In this document: positions 56,712 through 64,000 of the stretch, piece after piece
How positions within the stretch are numbered: the stretch's first letter is position 1
Layout: each line of letters begins with the position of its first letter
Assembly: GCF_000250635.1 (NCBI RefSeq)
Contig: NC_016940.1
Span: 1,032,995 to 1,096,994 of the forward strand
Length of the DNA stretch: 64,000 bases
DNA from: Saprospira grandis str. Lewin
Lineage (GTDB): Bacteria > Bacteroidota > Bacteroidia > Chitinophagales > Saprospiraceae
Direction: 5' to 3'
Program-made: the position numbers and the translations under genes
Notes under the pieces: generated by a model
The model's database searches: none
What the model saw: only the letters and a program-made list of their open reading frames with translations
Told to the model about the DNA's origin: nothing

Positions 56712-56990
56712 GGGGCCTGCCGCCTTCGGCGGCCGGGCTATTGCGCAGCTCGCAAGTCTGCTCGGCCCTGCGCGGGCTTTGCCCGCTGGCTCGGCGGCTT
56801 TGCCGCCCTGCTGCATATCCCTAGGCCGCTCATCCGATGAGCATTTTTTGTAGCTGTCGCCTTTGGCCCTAAAACCGCCCCTTTTAAGCGGTATTCGTCG
56901 CTTCGCTCCTCATTCCTTAATATTAACCCGCCCACCCTCCCCTCCAATGGATTCCCTAAGGAATCCATTGGGGGAGTTTGGGCCAATATT
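56712..56990. repeat. GC-rich REP-like element (composite; includes the ccaatggattccctaaggaatccattgg palindrome)
   Basis: Contains gcgcagctcgcaagtctgctcggccc. 56930..56990 is the reverse orientation of the 19780..19815 variant. Confidence 0.7.
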
Positions 56991-57028
56991 AAAAATGCCG
57001 CTCCTTTTTAGGAGCGGCATTTTTTCTT
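56990..57028. terminator. bidirectional rho-independent terminator
   Basis: aaaaatgccgctcctttttaggagcggcatttttt. Confidence 0.6.
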
Positions 57029-57555
57029 TACTTCTTTTGCTCGACAAACTGCAGGCAGGCCGAGTTAATACAATAACGCAAGCCCGTTGGCTTGGGCCCA
57101 TCGTCAAAAACATGGCCCAAATGGCTCTTACAACGGGGACAATGAATTTCAATCTGCTTGCCCGTCCAGCCATACTCTTCTTGGGCCTCAATATTTTTGG
57201 GATCAAAAATATCCCAGAAGCTAGGCCAGCCCGAACCCGAATCAAACTTATGGGCCGATTTAAAAAGGGGAAGCGCACAAGCTTTACAGCAATAGGTCCC
57301 CGTCTTTTTATTATCCAGCAAAGCGCCCGTAAAGGCCCGCTCGGTCCCTTTTTGGCGAAGGATTTTATACTCTAGCTCCGTCAGTTGGTTTTGCCATTCC
57401 GCCTCCGACTTTTCGATGGTTTTGCCATCAAAAATGAGTTGGGGGTCAATCAGGCTATCATTGGCCATTTTGCTGGCTTCTTGGCCCTTGACGGCCGTGC
57501 CGCAGCTCGTTAGACTGAGGCCAAAAGCGATAAGAAAACAGATTATCCAAGGCAT
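57028..57555 (-). CDS. msrB: peptide-methionine (R)-S-oxide reductase MsrB with an N-terminal lipoprotein signal
   Basis: Two CxxC pairs (CCKAC...CPRC) and GWPSF...HLGHVF catalytic motifs. Start placed at MPWIICFLIAFGLSLTSCG, overlapping the crtZ stop. Confidence 0.75.
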   Translation of the reverse strand: MPWIICFLIAFGLSLTSCGTAVKGQEASKMANDSLIDPQLIFDGKTIEKSEAEWQNQLTELEYKILRQKGTERAFTGALLDNKKTGTYCCKACALPLFKSAHKFDSGSGWPSFWDIFDPKNIEAQEEYGWTGKQIEIHCPRCKSHLGHVFDDGPKPTGLRYCINSACLQFVEQKK

Positions 57556-57556
57556 A

Positions 57557-58021
57557 TTACTTCTTTTTTTTGCGAAAATACTTAGGATGCACCAGCAAGA
57601 GGCCAAAAGAAACGCCATCCTCTTTTTCCTGTTTGGCATGATGAGCGCCATGGGCACGCAAAATCCCTCTAGAATACCAGCCATCCAATTGTTTAAACCA
57701 TTTGAAGCGTTGGTGTATATATACGTCATGGATCAGGAAATAGATCAGCCCATAAATGGAAATGCCCACCCCCACAAAAAAGAGCGGAAAATAACCCGGT
57801 ACAGCCGAGCCAATAATATAAGAGGCCGCACTAGGGACCGCAAAGACCAAAAAGAAGAGATCATTTTTCTCAAAAAAGCCCTCTACCTCATGAGGCTTAT
57901 GATGATCTTCATGCCAAATCCATAAAAGGCCGTGCATAAGGTACTTATGGGCCAACCAGGCCACAAATTCCATGGCGATGACGCTAGCCAGCGTAATTAA
58001 GGTATAGAATAAAATCTGCAT
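57557..58021 (-). CDS. crtZ: beta-carotene 3-hydroxylase (sterol desaturase-family, CrtZ)
   Basis: Histidine boxes HEDHH, HDVYIH and HGAHH; 154 aa; carotenoid gene context. Confidence 0.7.
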   Translation of the reverse strand: MQILFYTLITLASVIAMEFVAWLAHKYLMHGLLWIWHEDHHKPHEVEGFFEKNDLFFLVFAVPSAASYIIGSAVPGYFPLFFVGVGISIYGLIYFLIHDVYIHQRFKWFKQLDGWYSRGILRAHGAHHAKQEKEDGVSFGLLLVHPKYFRKKKK

Positions 58022-58061
58022 ACTAAAGGTATTATGAGAAAGTGGAAATTATCTGCTCCAA

Positions 58062-58210
58062 AAGCGGGCGAAGCCCGCTACGGCTGAGGGATGGAAAGTG
58101 GGGCGGCGAAGCCGCAGACCCAGCGGGCGAAGCCCGCGCAGGGCCGAGCAGACCTGCGAGCCACGACAGAGCCCGACCCGAGCCGAAGGCGAGGGGCAGC
58201 CCCAAAAAAA
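58062..58210. repeat. GC-rich REP-like element
   Basis: Contains ggcggcgaagccgcagacc, gggccgagcagacctgcgagcc and gggcagccccaaaaaaa. Confidence 0.75.
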
Positions 58211-58213
58211 GAA

Positions 58214-58882
58214 CTACATCAATAAAAAGAGGTAGATCCAGAGAAAGAAAACGAACTGCCAAAGAAACAAAAATTCGAGGGCGGGGTTGCGCCTAGGCCC
58301 CAAAAAATGGCCAAAAAAGAGCTGTAGACCAAAGGCGGCCAGCCACCAAACCGCATAATTTTGCCAAGGAGCCACCAATAGGCTGTTGTAGGGCGTATTG
58401 CCCCAGCTCCACATATCGTAACGGACCGCAGCGGGCTCAATAAAGAGGTCGAGACTGACCATGAGGCTGGCCCCCAGCAGGCTGCGCAGCCAAAGCTGGC
58501 GGCTGGCAAAAAAGCGCAGAATGATCGAGCTAGAAGCATAGACCAGCATGGCCCAATTGAGGCCGATCATGAAAGGCGTGCCGCCCAACTGAGGGCCCAA
58601 AGTGGCGCCATAGCTATATTCTCCGAAGATGAGGCCCGTTTGCACCCCCGCCAATTCTAAAAACCAGCCGCCCCAATAAACCGCCAAAAGGGCCAAATAC
58701 AATCGTTTGTCTTGTTGTTTTTCGGCCCAAAGGCAGAGGCCAAAAGTTGTTAATAAGTTGAGGGGCGTGAGCCGCATAAATTCGGGATGCAAGGGCCAAC
58801 TGACGCCCAGCAAGCCCACAGCATAGAGGCAGCAGAGCAGAATGAGTACCCAATTTTGCTTTTGCGAATAGCTTAAGGACAT
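58214..58882 (-). CDS. carotenoid-biosynthesis-associated integral membrane protein
   Basis: 222 aa with 6-7 TM helices, lying between crtI and crtZ. No catalytic motif is identified. Confidence 0.4.
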   Translation of the reverse strand: MSLSYSQKQNWVLILLCCLYAVGLLGVSWPLHPEFMRLTPLNLLTTFGLCLWAEKQQDKRLYLALLAVYWGGWFLELAGVQTGLIFGEYSYGATLGPQLGGTPFMIGLNWAMLVYASSSIILRFFASRQLWLRSLLGASLMVSLDLFIEPAAVRYDMWSWGNTPYNSLLVAPWQNYAVWWLAAFGLQLFFGHFLGPRRNPALEFLFLWQFVFFLWIYLFLLM

Positions 58883-60367
58883 CTATTTTAGGTTTTTAAT
58901 GAGGTCTTCTGTGGCCAGCTTGGCCGATAAAAGGGCCAGGGGAATCCCGCCCCCAGGATGCACGCTGCCGCCCACAAAATAAAGGCCCGACAGCTGCCGA
59001 GAAAAGTTGGGATGACGGAAAAAAGCCGCCATGCTGTTGTTGGAGGAAGTGCCATATAAAGACCCCAAATGCGATTGGGTTTTTGCTTGAATGAGGGCGG
59101 GAGAAAGTAGCTCTTCCTGCACAATATGCGGCTGAATAGGGCGGCCCAAAATGCGCTCTAGCTTTTGGATAATCCGCTTTTTGCTTTGGGCAATCAATTG
59201 CTCCCAATCTTGGCCATCGAGTTGAGGGGCATTGATCATCACAAACCAATTTTCATGGCCCAAGGGGGCATCGGTTTGTTCAATTTTGGAGCTAATGTGA
59301 ATGTAGACCGTAGGATCTTCATAAAGGCTTTTTTCCTCAAATAGTTGGCGGAACTCCTCTGGATAATTATCACTGAAAAAGATATTATGCACATCTAGCT
59401 CGGGAAAACTTTGGTCCATCCCCCAATAAAAAATAAGGGCCGAAGAAGACTTCGGTTGCTCCAAAATGCGCTTAGGCCTAGGCTGTCTGGGCAGCAGGCG
59501 GTCGTAGGCAAAAAAGATATCCATATTGCAAACGACTTGATCGAAGGCGAGTTCTTTTTGGCCAATTCTGATGCCTTTTACGGCTTTGTTTTGGACCAAA
59601 ATCTCCTCTACTTTTTGTCCATAATGAAATTTTACGCCTAAATGTTCGGCCAAACGAACCAGCGAATGGCTAATTTCCTTCATGCCGCCCTTGGGCATAA
59701 AGGCCCCAAAACCCTGTTCCAGATGCGGAATCAGACTCATGATGCCTGGGGTTTTATAAGGACTAGAGCCATTATAAGTGGCATAGCGATTAAAGAGTTG
59801 GACCATTTTGGGATGCTGCTTTAGGCGCTTTTTATTCTCTTGGTCCAAAGAGCGATGCAGCCCTAGCCAAGGCATAGCCAAGACCCTCTTAAAGGTTTTC
59901 CAGCGCAAATAAGTGCTGAGTCGATGTAGTGAGTTTTCGAGAAAAATAGGGGCCGTAGTTTCGTATCTAAAGCGGGCCCAAGCCAGATAATCCTTAAGCG
60001 CTTGGGCGGGAAATCCCAGTTTTTCTTCTACCTCTTGGCCATATTTATGAAGATCGGCATAGGCGGAGATAGACTGCCCATCCTCCCAAAAATACTTACA
60101 AACCGTATTTAGGCGATGGTAATCAAAGCCGAAATCTTTGGGGTTTTCGCCAGCTAGGGCAAAGAGTTCTTCTACATATTGGGGCATGGTAAAGAGGCTG
60201 GGCCCCGCATCAAAGCGGTAATCTCCTACTTGCAAATTGGAGAGTTTGCCGCCGGGGTAACTATTGGCCTCAAAGACCGCTACCCTATGGCCAGCGGCGG
60301 CTAGGCGTACGGCCGCCCCAATGCCGCCAATGCCGGCGCCAATGATGGCAATATTTTGTTGATTCAT
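58883..60367 (-). CDS. crtI: phytoene desaturase
   Basis: N-terminal FAD-binding IAIIGAGIGGIGAAVRLAAAGHRVAVFE; 494 aa; GGS.HPGGG near the C-terminus. Confidence 0.8.
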   Translation of the reverse strand: MNQQNIAIIGAGIGGIGAAVRLAAAGHRVAVFEANSYPGGKLSNLQVGDYRFDAGPSLFTMPQYVEELFALAGENPKDFGFDYHRLNTVCKYFWEDGQSISAYADLHKYGQEVEEKLGFPAQALKDYLAWARFRYETTAPIFLENSLHRLSTYLRWKTFKRVLAMPWLGLHRSLDQENKKRLKQHPKMVQLFNRYATYNGSSPYKTPGIMSLIPHLEQGFGAFMPKGGMKEISHSLVRLAEHLGVKFHYGQKVEEILVQNKAVKGIRIGQKELAFDQVVCNMDIFFAYDRLLPRQPRPKRILEQPKSSSALIFYWGMDQSFPELDVHNIFFSDNYPEEFRQLFEEKSLYEDPTVYIHISSKIEQTDAPLGHENWFVMINAPQLDGQDWEQLIAQSKKRIIQKLERILGRPIQPHIVQEELLSPALIQAKTQSHLGSLYGTSSNNSMAAFFRHPNFSRQLSGLYFVGGSVHPGGGIPLALLSAKLATEDLIKNLK

Positions 60368-61270
60368 TTAGCTGTAAATTTTTTGGGCCATTCGGTAAGT
60401 GTTTGCATGGGCCTCAATGATATAGCGCAGCTGAGGCGAATAGCCGCCGCCCATACTGACCGCTACGGGAACGCCCGCCTTTTGGCAGCAGCTAAACACA
60501 AATTGGTCTCGCTGAGCACAGGCGTTTAAGCTTAGGCCCAAACGGCCCAACTTATCAGAGGCCAAGACATCTACGCCAGAGAGATATAGGACTATATCTG
60601 GCCGAAGGCTTTCGAGCAAAGCGGGTAAATAATCGGCTAAAACCTGCAAATAAGGGCCGTCATCCATCAGGTCGGGCAGGGCAATATCAAGGTCCGACCG
60701 CTCTTTGCGGAAAGGATAATTGGCCGCGGCATGCATAGAAAAGGTAAAGACCCTGGGCTCATTTTCGAAGATTTTGGCGCTGCCATTCCCTTGATGCACA
60801 TCCAAATCGACAATGAGAATTTGCTGGGCCAGGCCTTGGTCCAGGAGATAATTGGCCGCAATCGCAAAGTCGTTGAGCAGACAAAAGCCCTCTCCATGGC
60901 TGGCATAGGCATGATGCGTGCCGCCCGCAATATTGAGCGAAACCCCATATTCTTGGGCCGCCAAGCAGCAATCAATGGTCCCTTGAGCAATCACTTTAGA
61001 ACGCTGGACCAATTTCTCGGACATGGGAAACCCAATTTTACGGGCCGCTTTGGCCGAAATCGTTTGCTTTTTCAAAGAGTCCCAATAATCTTTGCTATGG
61101 GTGCGCAAAATCCATTCTTCGGCAATGGGTTGAGGGTGAAAAAAATTCTCTTCTTCCAGACAACCTTCATAAATGAGCTGCTGGGCCAATAGATCGTACT
61201 TGATCATAGGAAAGCGGTGGCCTTGGGGCAGCTCGTAGCGGTAGATGGGCGAAAAAGCAACTTTTAACAT
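60368..61270 (-). CDS. histone deacetylase-family (AcuC/acetylpolyamine amidohydrolase-like) protein
   Basis: GGTHHAYASHGEGFCLLND...VDLDVHQGNG fits the HDAC signature; 300 aa; stop abuts the crtI start. Confidence 0.7.
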   Translation of the reverse strand: MLKVAFSPIYRYELPQGHRFPMIKYDLLAQQLIYEGCLEEENFFHPQPIAEEWILRTHSKDYWDSLKKQTISAKAARKIGFPMSEKLVQRSKVIAQGTIDCCLAAQEYGVSLNIAGGTHHAYASHGEGFCLLNDFAIAANYLLDQGLAQQILIVDLDVHQGNGSAKIFENEPRVFTFSMHAAANYPFRKERSDLDIALPDLMDDGPYLQVLADYLPALLESLRPDIVLYLSGVDVLASDKLGRLGLSLNACAQRDQFVFSCCQKAGVPVAVSMGGGYSPQLRYIIEAHANTYRMAQKIYS

Positions 61271-61349
61271 TTTATTGATTCTTTGTTCTTAGAAAAGCAA
61301 TTTAGGAAAAAAGTTTTGAGCCCTTGCTAATTTAATTTTTTTGGGAGCT

Positions 61350-61500
61350 TCTTTTGGGGCCCGCGGCCAGCAAGCTGGCCGCCGCTATGCTGCGGGGCTC
61401 ACAGGGCTGTTCGGCCCTGCAGCCGCCTGCGGCGGCTTTGGTCTGGCCTTCGGCCACCCCTCCGCAGCGCTGGGCCGCTCAGCGGTCTTTTTTCTTTGGG
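61350..61500. repeat. GC-rich REP-like element
   Basis: Contains ggggcccgcggcc, gctatgctgcggggctc, ctgttcggccc and ggtctggccttcggccaccc. Confidence 0.7.
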
Positions 61501-61551
61501 CCCTCTTCTTCGGCGGCTGAATTTAGGGAGTAGCCGCCTAGCTGGGAGACG

Positions 61552-61628
61552 GTTTAAAATTTTGTGTGCGCCCTTTCCTGCGCCTAGGGACAAGCCCCTA
61601 GGCGACTATTGGCCAAATCCCGAATAGC
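61552..61628 (-). mobile_element. internally deleted (solo-TIR) inverted copy of the MITE-like element
   Basis: gtttaaaattttgtgt..gcgcctagggacaagcccctaggcgactattggccaaatcc is the reverse complement of the two ends of the 265-bp element, joined with the ~190-bp core missing. Confidence 0.55.
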
Positions 61629-62050
61629 TTCCCCCGCTTTACAAATGCCGTTTCACAATTTCAGAATAGCTTGCCGCAACTGTAAGATGCTGTTTTGCAA
61701 TTTCAGAATAGCTTGCCGCAACTGTAAGATGCCGTTTTGCAATTTCAGAATAGCTTGCCGCAACTGTAAGATGCCGTTTTGCAATTTCAGAATAGCTTGC
61801 CGCAACTGTAAGATGCCGTTTTGCAATTTCAGAATAGCTTGCCGCAACTGTAAGATGCCGTTTTGCAATTTCAGAATAGCTTGCCGCAACTGTAAGATGC
61901 TGTTTTGCAATTTCAGAATAGCTTGCCGCAACTGTAAGATGCTGTTTTGCAATTTCAGAATAGCTTACCGCAACTGTAAGATGCTGTTTTGCAATTTCAG
62001 AATAGCTTACCGCAACTGTAAGATGCTGTTTTGCATCTGCAGAATAGGGC
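61617..62050. repeat. 42-bp tandem repeat array, about 10 units
   Basis: Unit tttcagaatagcttgccgcaactgtaagatgc[ct]gttttgcaa. Nine perfect-phase copies at 61659, 61701 ... 61995 plus degenerate end units. Variants ctg/ccg and cttgccgc/cttaccgc cluster by position. No spacers, so not CRISPR. Confidence 0.85.
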
Positions 62051-62171
62051 ATAAAGGTTTTGATGAGGTATTTGATCGCTGTCAATGGGTATAACTCAGG
62101 GCTTCAGCCCATGGGCCCAAAACTATCCAGCCGCCGAAGAAGAAAGCCAAAAGAAAAAAGACAGATGAGCA

Positions 62172-62397
62172 GGCCTAGCGATGCGAAAGGGGGCGGCGAA
62201 GCCGCAGACCAAGGCCGTCAGGCCGCAGGGCCGAGCAGACCTGCGAGCCCTGAAGCGTAGCGCCGACGACCGAAGGGAGGCGGAGGCCCCAAAAAATCAG
62301 CGAGCTGCGACAACAAGAACTTTAGTTCGTCTTCGACGACCAAAGGGAGTAAACGTAGCGCCGACGAGCATAGCGAGGCGGAGGCCCCAAAAAAACA
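62172..62397. repeat. two adjacent REP-like elements (including the cgtcttcgacgaccaaagggagtaa sub-variant)
   Basis: Contains ggcggcgaagccgcagacc, gggccgagcagacctgcgagccc and the ttcgtcttcgacgaccaaagggagtaaacg module. Confidence 0.7.
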
Positions 62398-62462
62398 GAA
62401 TAAAGCGACTTAGGCATCAACCTTTGGGTCTTGCAGATCGTTAAAGCGGTAAAAGAGAAAAC

Positions 62463-63434
62463 ATGCGAAACCAGCTCCCCATTTTTGCCTTGCTGCTCCT
62501 ATTATTGGGCCTTGGCGCCTGCGAAGAAGAGTATACCCCCGAAGACGTTTTTGATGAGCCTCAACTAGTAGTAGAAGGCTATGTGGAATATGGGCCGGGG
62601 GCCCTGCCACCCTATGTTATTTTGACCCAAAGCTCGCCTTATATAGGAGATTTGAGTCCCGATCGGCTAGCCGAACTCTTTGTGCATGATGCCGACGTTC
62701 GGGTATCGGATGGAGAAAACGAAGTCCAACTGACCGAATTTTGCTTGGGTGATTTGGCCGCTTTGGATACGGCTGTGGCCCAAACCGTTGCCGAATTTTT
62801 GGGCTTGGGGGGCATTTCGGTCACCGAGCTAGAATACTGCATATATATAGACATCTTTGGCTTTTTGAACTTCTCGCCTTTAGAGATTGAGCCTGGGCGG
62901 AGTTATAGTCTGCTGGTTCGGGCGGGAGAAGATAGCGTTTCGGCGGTAACGACCTTAGCGCCTTTGGTGGGTTTTGACAGCCTGTATTACGTCGATCATC
63001 CGGATTATCCAGAGAACGACTCTTTGGTTGAATTGAGGGCTTCGGTGACGGATCCTGCGGGAGAAGAGAACTACTATCGGGTATTTACCAAGCGGAATGA
63101 GGAGCCTTTTTATCCCCTTTTGGGCCAATCGGTTACGGATGATAAGATTTTTGATGGGCGGAGCGGTTTTGAAATCCCGGTACAGCGGGGACAGTCCTTT
63201 GTTTCTGAATTTGACCTAGAAACGGCGGGTTATTATTGGCGGGGCGACACTGCCGTTGTTCGGGTCAGCAACATTGATTATCCGCATTTTCGGTTTTGGC
63301 AAACCTTCGAGTATAGTTCGGGCAGCCAGGGGCCTTTTGGCAATTATGTCCGCATTGAATCCAATATTCAGGGCGGCTTAGGCGTTTGGGGAGGACTACA
63401 TTATGAGGATTATGAGCTGATTATTCCTCGTTAG
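62463..63434 (+). CDS. hypothetical lipoprotein
   Basis: Lipoprotein signal MRNQLPIFALLLLLLGLGACEE; 323 aa. Confidence 0.5.
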   Translation: MRNQLPIFALLLLLLGLGACEEEYTPEDVFDEPQLVVEGYVEYGPGALPPYVILTQSSPYIGDLSPDRLAELFVHDADVRVSDGENEVQLTEFCLGDLAALDTAVAQTVAEFLGLGGISVTELEYCIYIDIFGFLNFSPLEIEPGRSYSLLVRAGEDSVSAVTTLAPLVGFDSLYYVDHPDYPENDSLVELRASVTDPAGEENYYRVFTKRNEEPFYPLLGQSVTDDKIFDGRSGFEIPVQRGQSFVSEFDLETAGYYWRGDTAVVRVSNIDYPHFRFWQTFEYSSGSQGPFGNYVRIESNIQGGLGVWGGLHYEDYELIIPR

Positions 63435-63521
63435 TTGGAATTTGGCTATGCCATTATAATATTGTATTTTTAGATAGACTTGTCCCTATTCCCCTAGCCC
63501 TCCAATTCAAAAACTGCTTAT

Positions 63522-64000
63522 ATGAAAACACTATCACTCTTCTTTTTAGCCTTATCGCTTCCTTTTTTTGTTCAGGCTCAGCACAGTTGGGCTCGGCCTT
63601 ATTTTGAGGTAGGCGCACAGCTAGGGACCTCTAGTTATTCGGGGGAGTTGGTCAACTCTATGCTCGATACCAAACACTTGCATTTGGCGGGAGGTATTTT
63701 TGCTCGCTACAACCTCAACCAGTACCTCAATTTTAGGTTACAGGCTAGCTACGGCAATATTTCGGGCAACGACCAAGATGCTAAAGAGCTACGCGACCAG
63801 ATTCGGAACCTACATTTCCGCTCTCATATTTTTGAGGGGGCCTTGATGGCCGAAATCAACTTTATGGGCTACCATACTATGGGCCACAAAAAATTATTTT
63901 CTCCCTATGCCTTCATTGGTTTGGGCGTCTTCAACTACAACCCCAAGGCCAAGCACTTTGACCCCAACCGAGACGACGAATGGGTAGCGCTACAGCCCTT
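63522..64000 (+). CDS. secreted outer-membrane beta-barrel-like protein, N-terminal part (runs off window end)
   Basis: ATG at 63522 gives signal peptide MKTLSLFFLALSLPFFVQAQ. Frame is open to the window end, with a beta-strand-like alternating pattern. Confidence 0.45.
   Translation, partial: MKTLSLFFLALSLPFFVQAQHSWARPYFEVGAQLGTSSYSGELVNSMLDTKHLHLAGGIFARYNLNQYLNFRLQASYGNISGNDQDAKELRDQIRNLHFRSHIFEGALMAEINFMGYHTMGHKKLFSPYAFIGLGVFNYNPKAKHFDPNRDDEWVALQP

Noticed and set aside
61609-62094. Long ORFs on both strands across the 42-bp array, and a possible CRISPR array
   Set aside because: The open frames are a by-product of a unit length divisible by 3. There are no unique spacers between the repeats and no cas genes nearby, so it is neither a CRISPR array nor a coding region.

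Overview
This window looks like a Bacteroidota-type chromosomal segment of about 46% GC; that assignment is inferred from lipoprotein signals, a crtI/crtZ carotenoid cluster, ECF sigma pairs and the absence of Shine-Dalgarno sites. Coding density is ordinary. The housekeeping genes I can call are hemW, pepD, fbp, ubiX, msrB, crtI, crtZ, a ferredoxin, two tandem tRNA-His genes, a NucA-type endonuclease and a GH3-family protein. The non-coding content is unusual. At least 21 intergenic loci carry one family of GC-rich palindromic repeats, roughly 130-350 bp each, and these generate most of the spurious ORFs in the six-frame track. A 265-bp element with terminal inverted repeats occurs twice, each time directly downstream of a different 22-bp tandem repeat array, and once more as an internally deleted inverted copy. 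A separate 42-bp tandem array of about 10 units sits at 61.6-62.05 kb.

The most interesting locus is at 12.4-14.4 kb on the minus strand. It holds a reverse transcriptase with retron hallmarks (NAxxH, QGAPTSP, YADD, VTG) and a charged N-terminal extension of about 170 aa. Directly upstream of it is a non-coding region with a perfect 35-bp stem-loop flanked by a1/a2-like inverted repeats, which fits a retron msr/msd unit, and beyond that a sigma70-like promoter. This appears to be a previously undescribed retron. Immediately upstream on the same strand are a SWIM zinc-finger protein and a 1058-aa protein with an N-terminal WGR-like domain, a conserved pair of unknown function that may be linked to it.

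Other notable content: four tandem mosaic lipoprotein paralogs, two ECF sigma/anti-sigma-like pairs, a CHAT-TPR protease-like protein, a protein combining a peptidoglycan-binding domain with an M15-like peptidase and lacking a signal peptide, and an S24 LexA-like repressor next to one of the repeat/element modules. Everything here is read from the sequence by eye; no database searches were possible.
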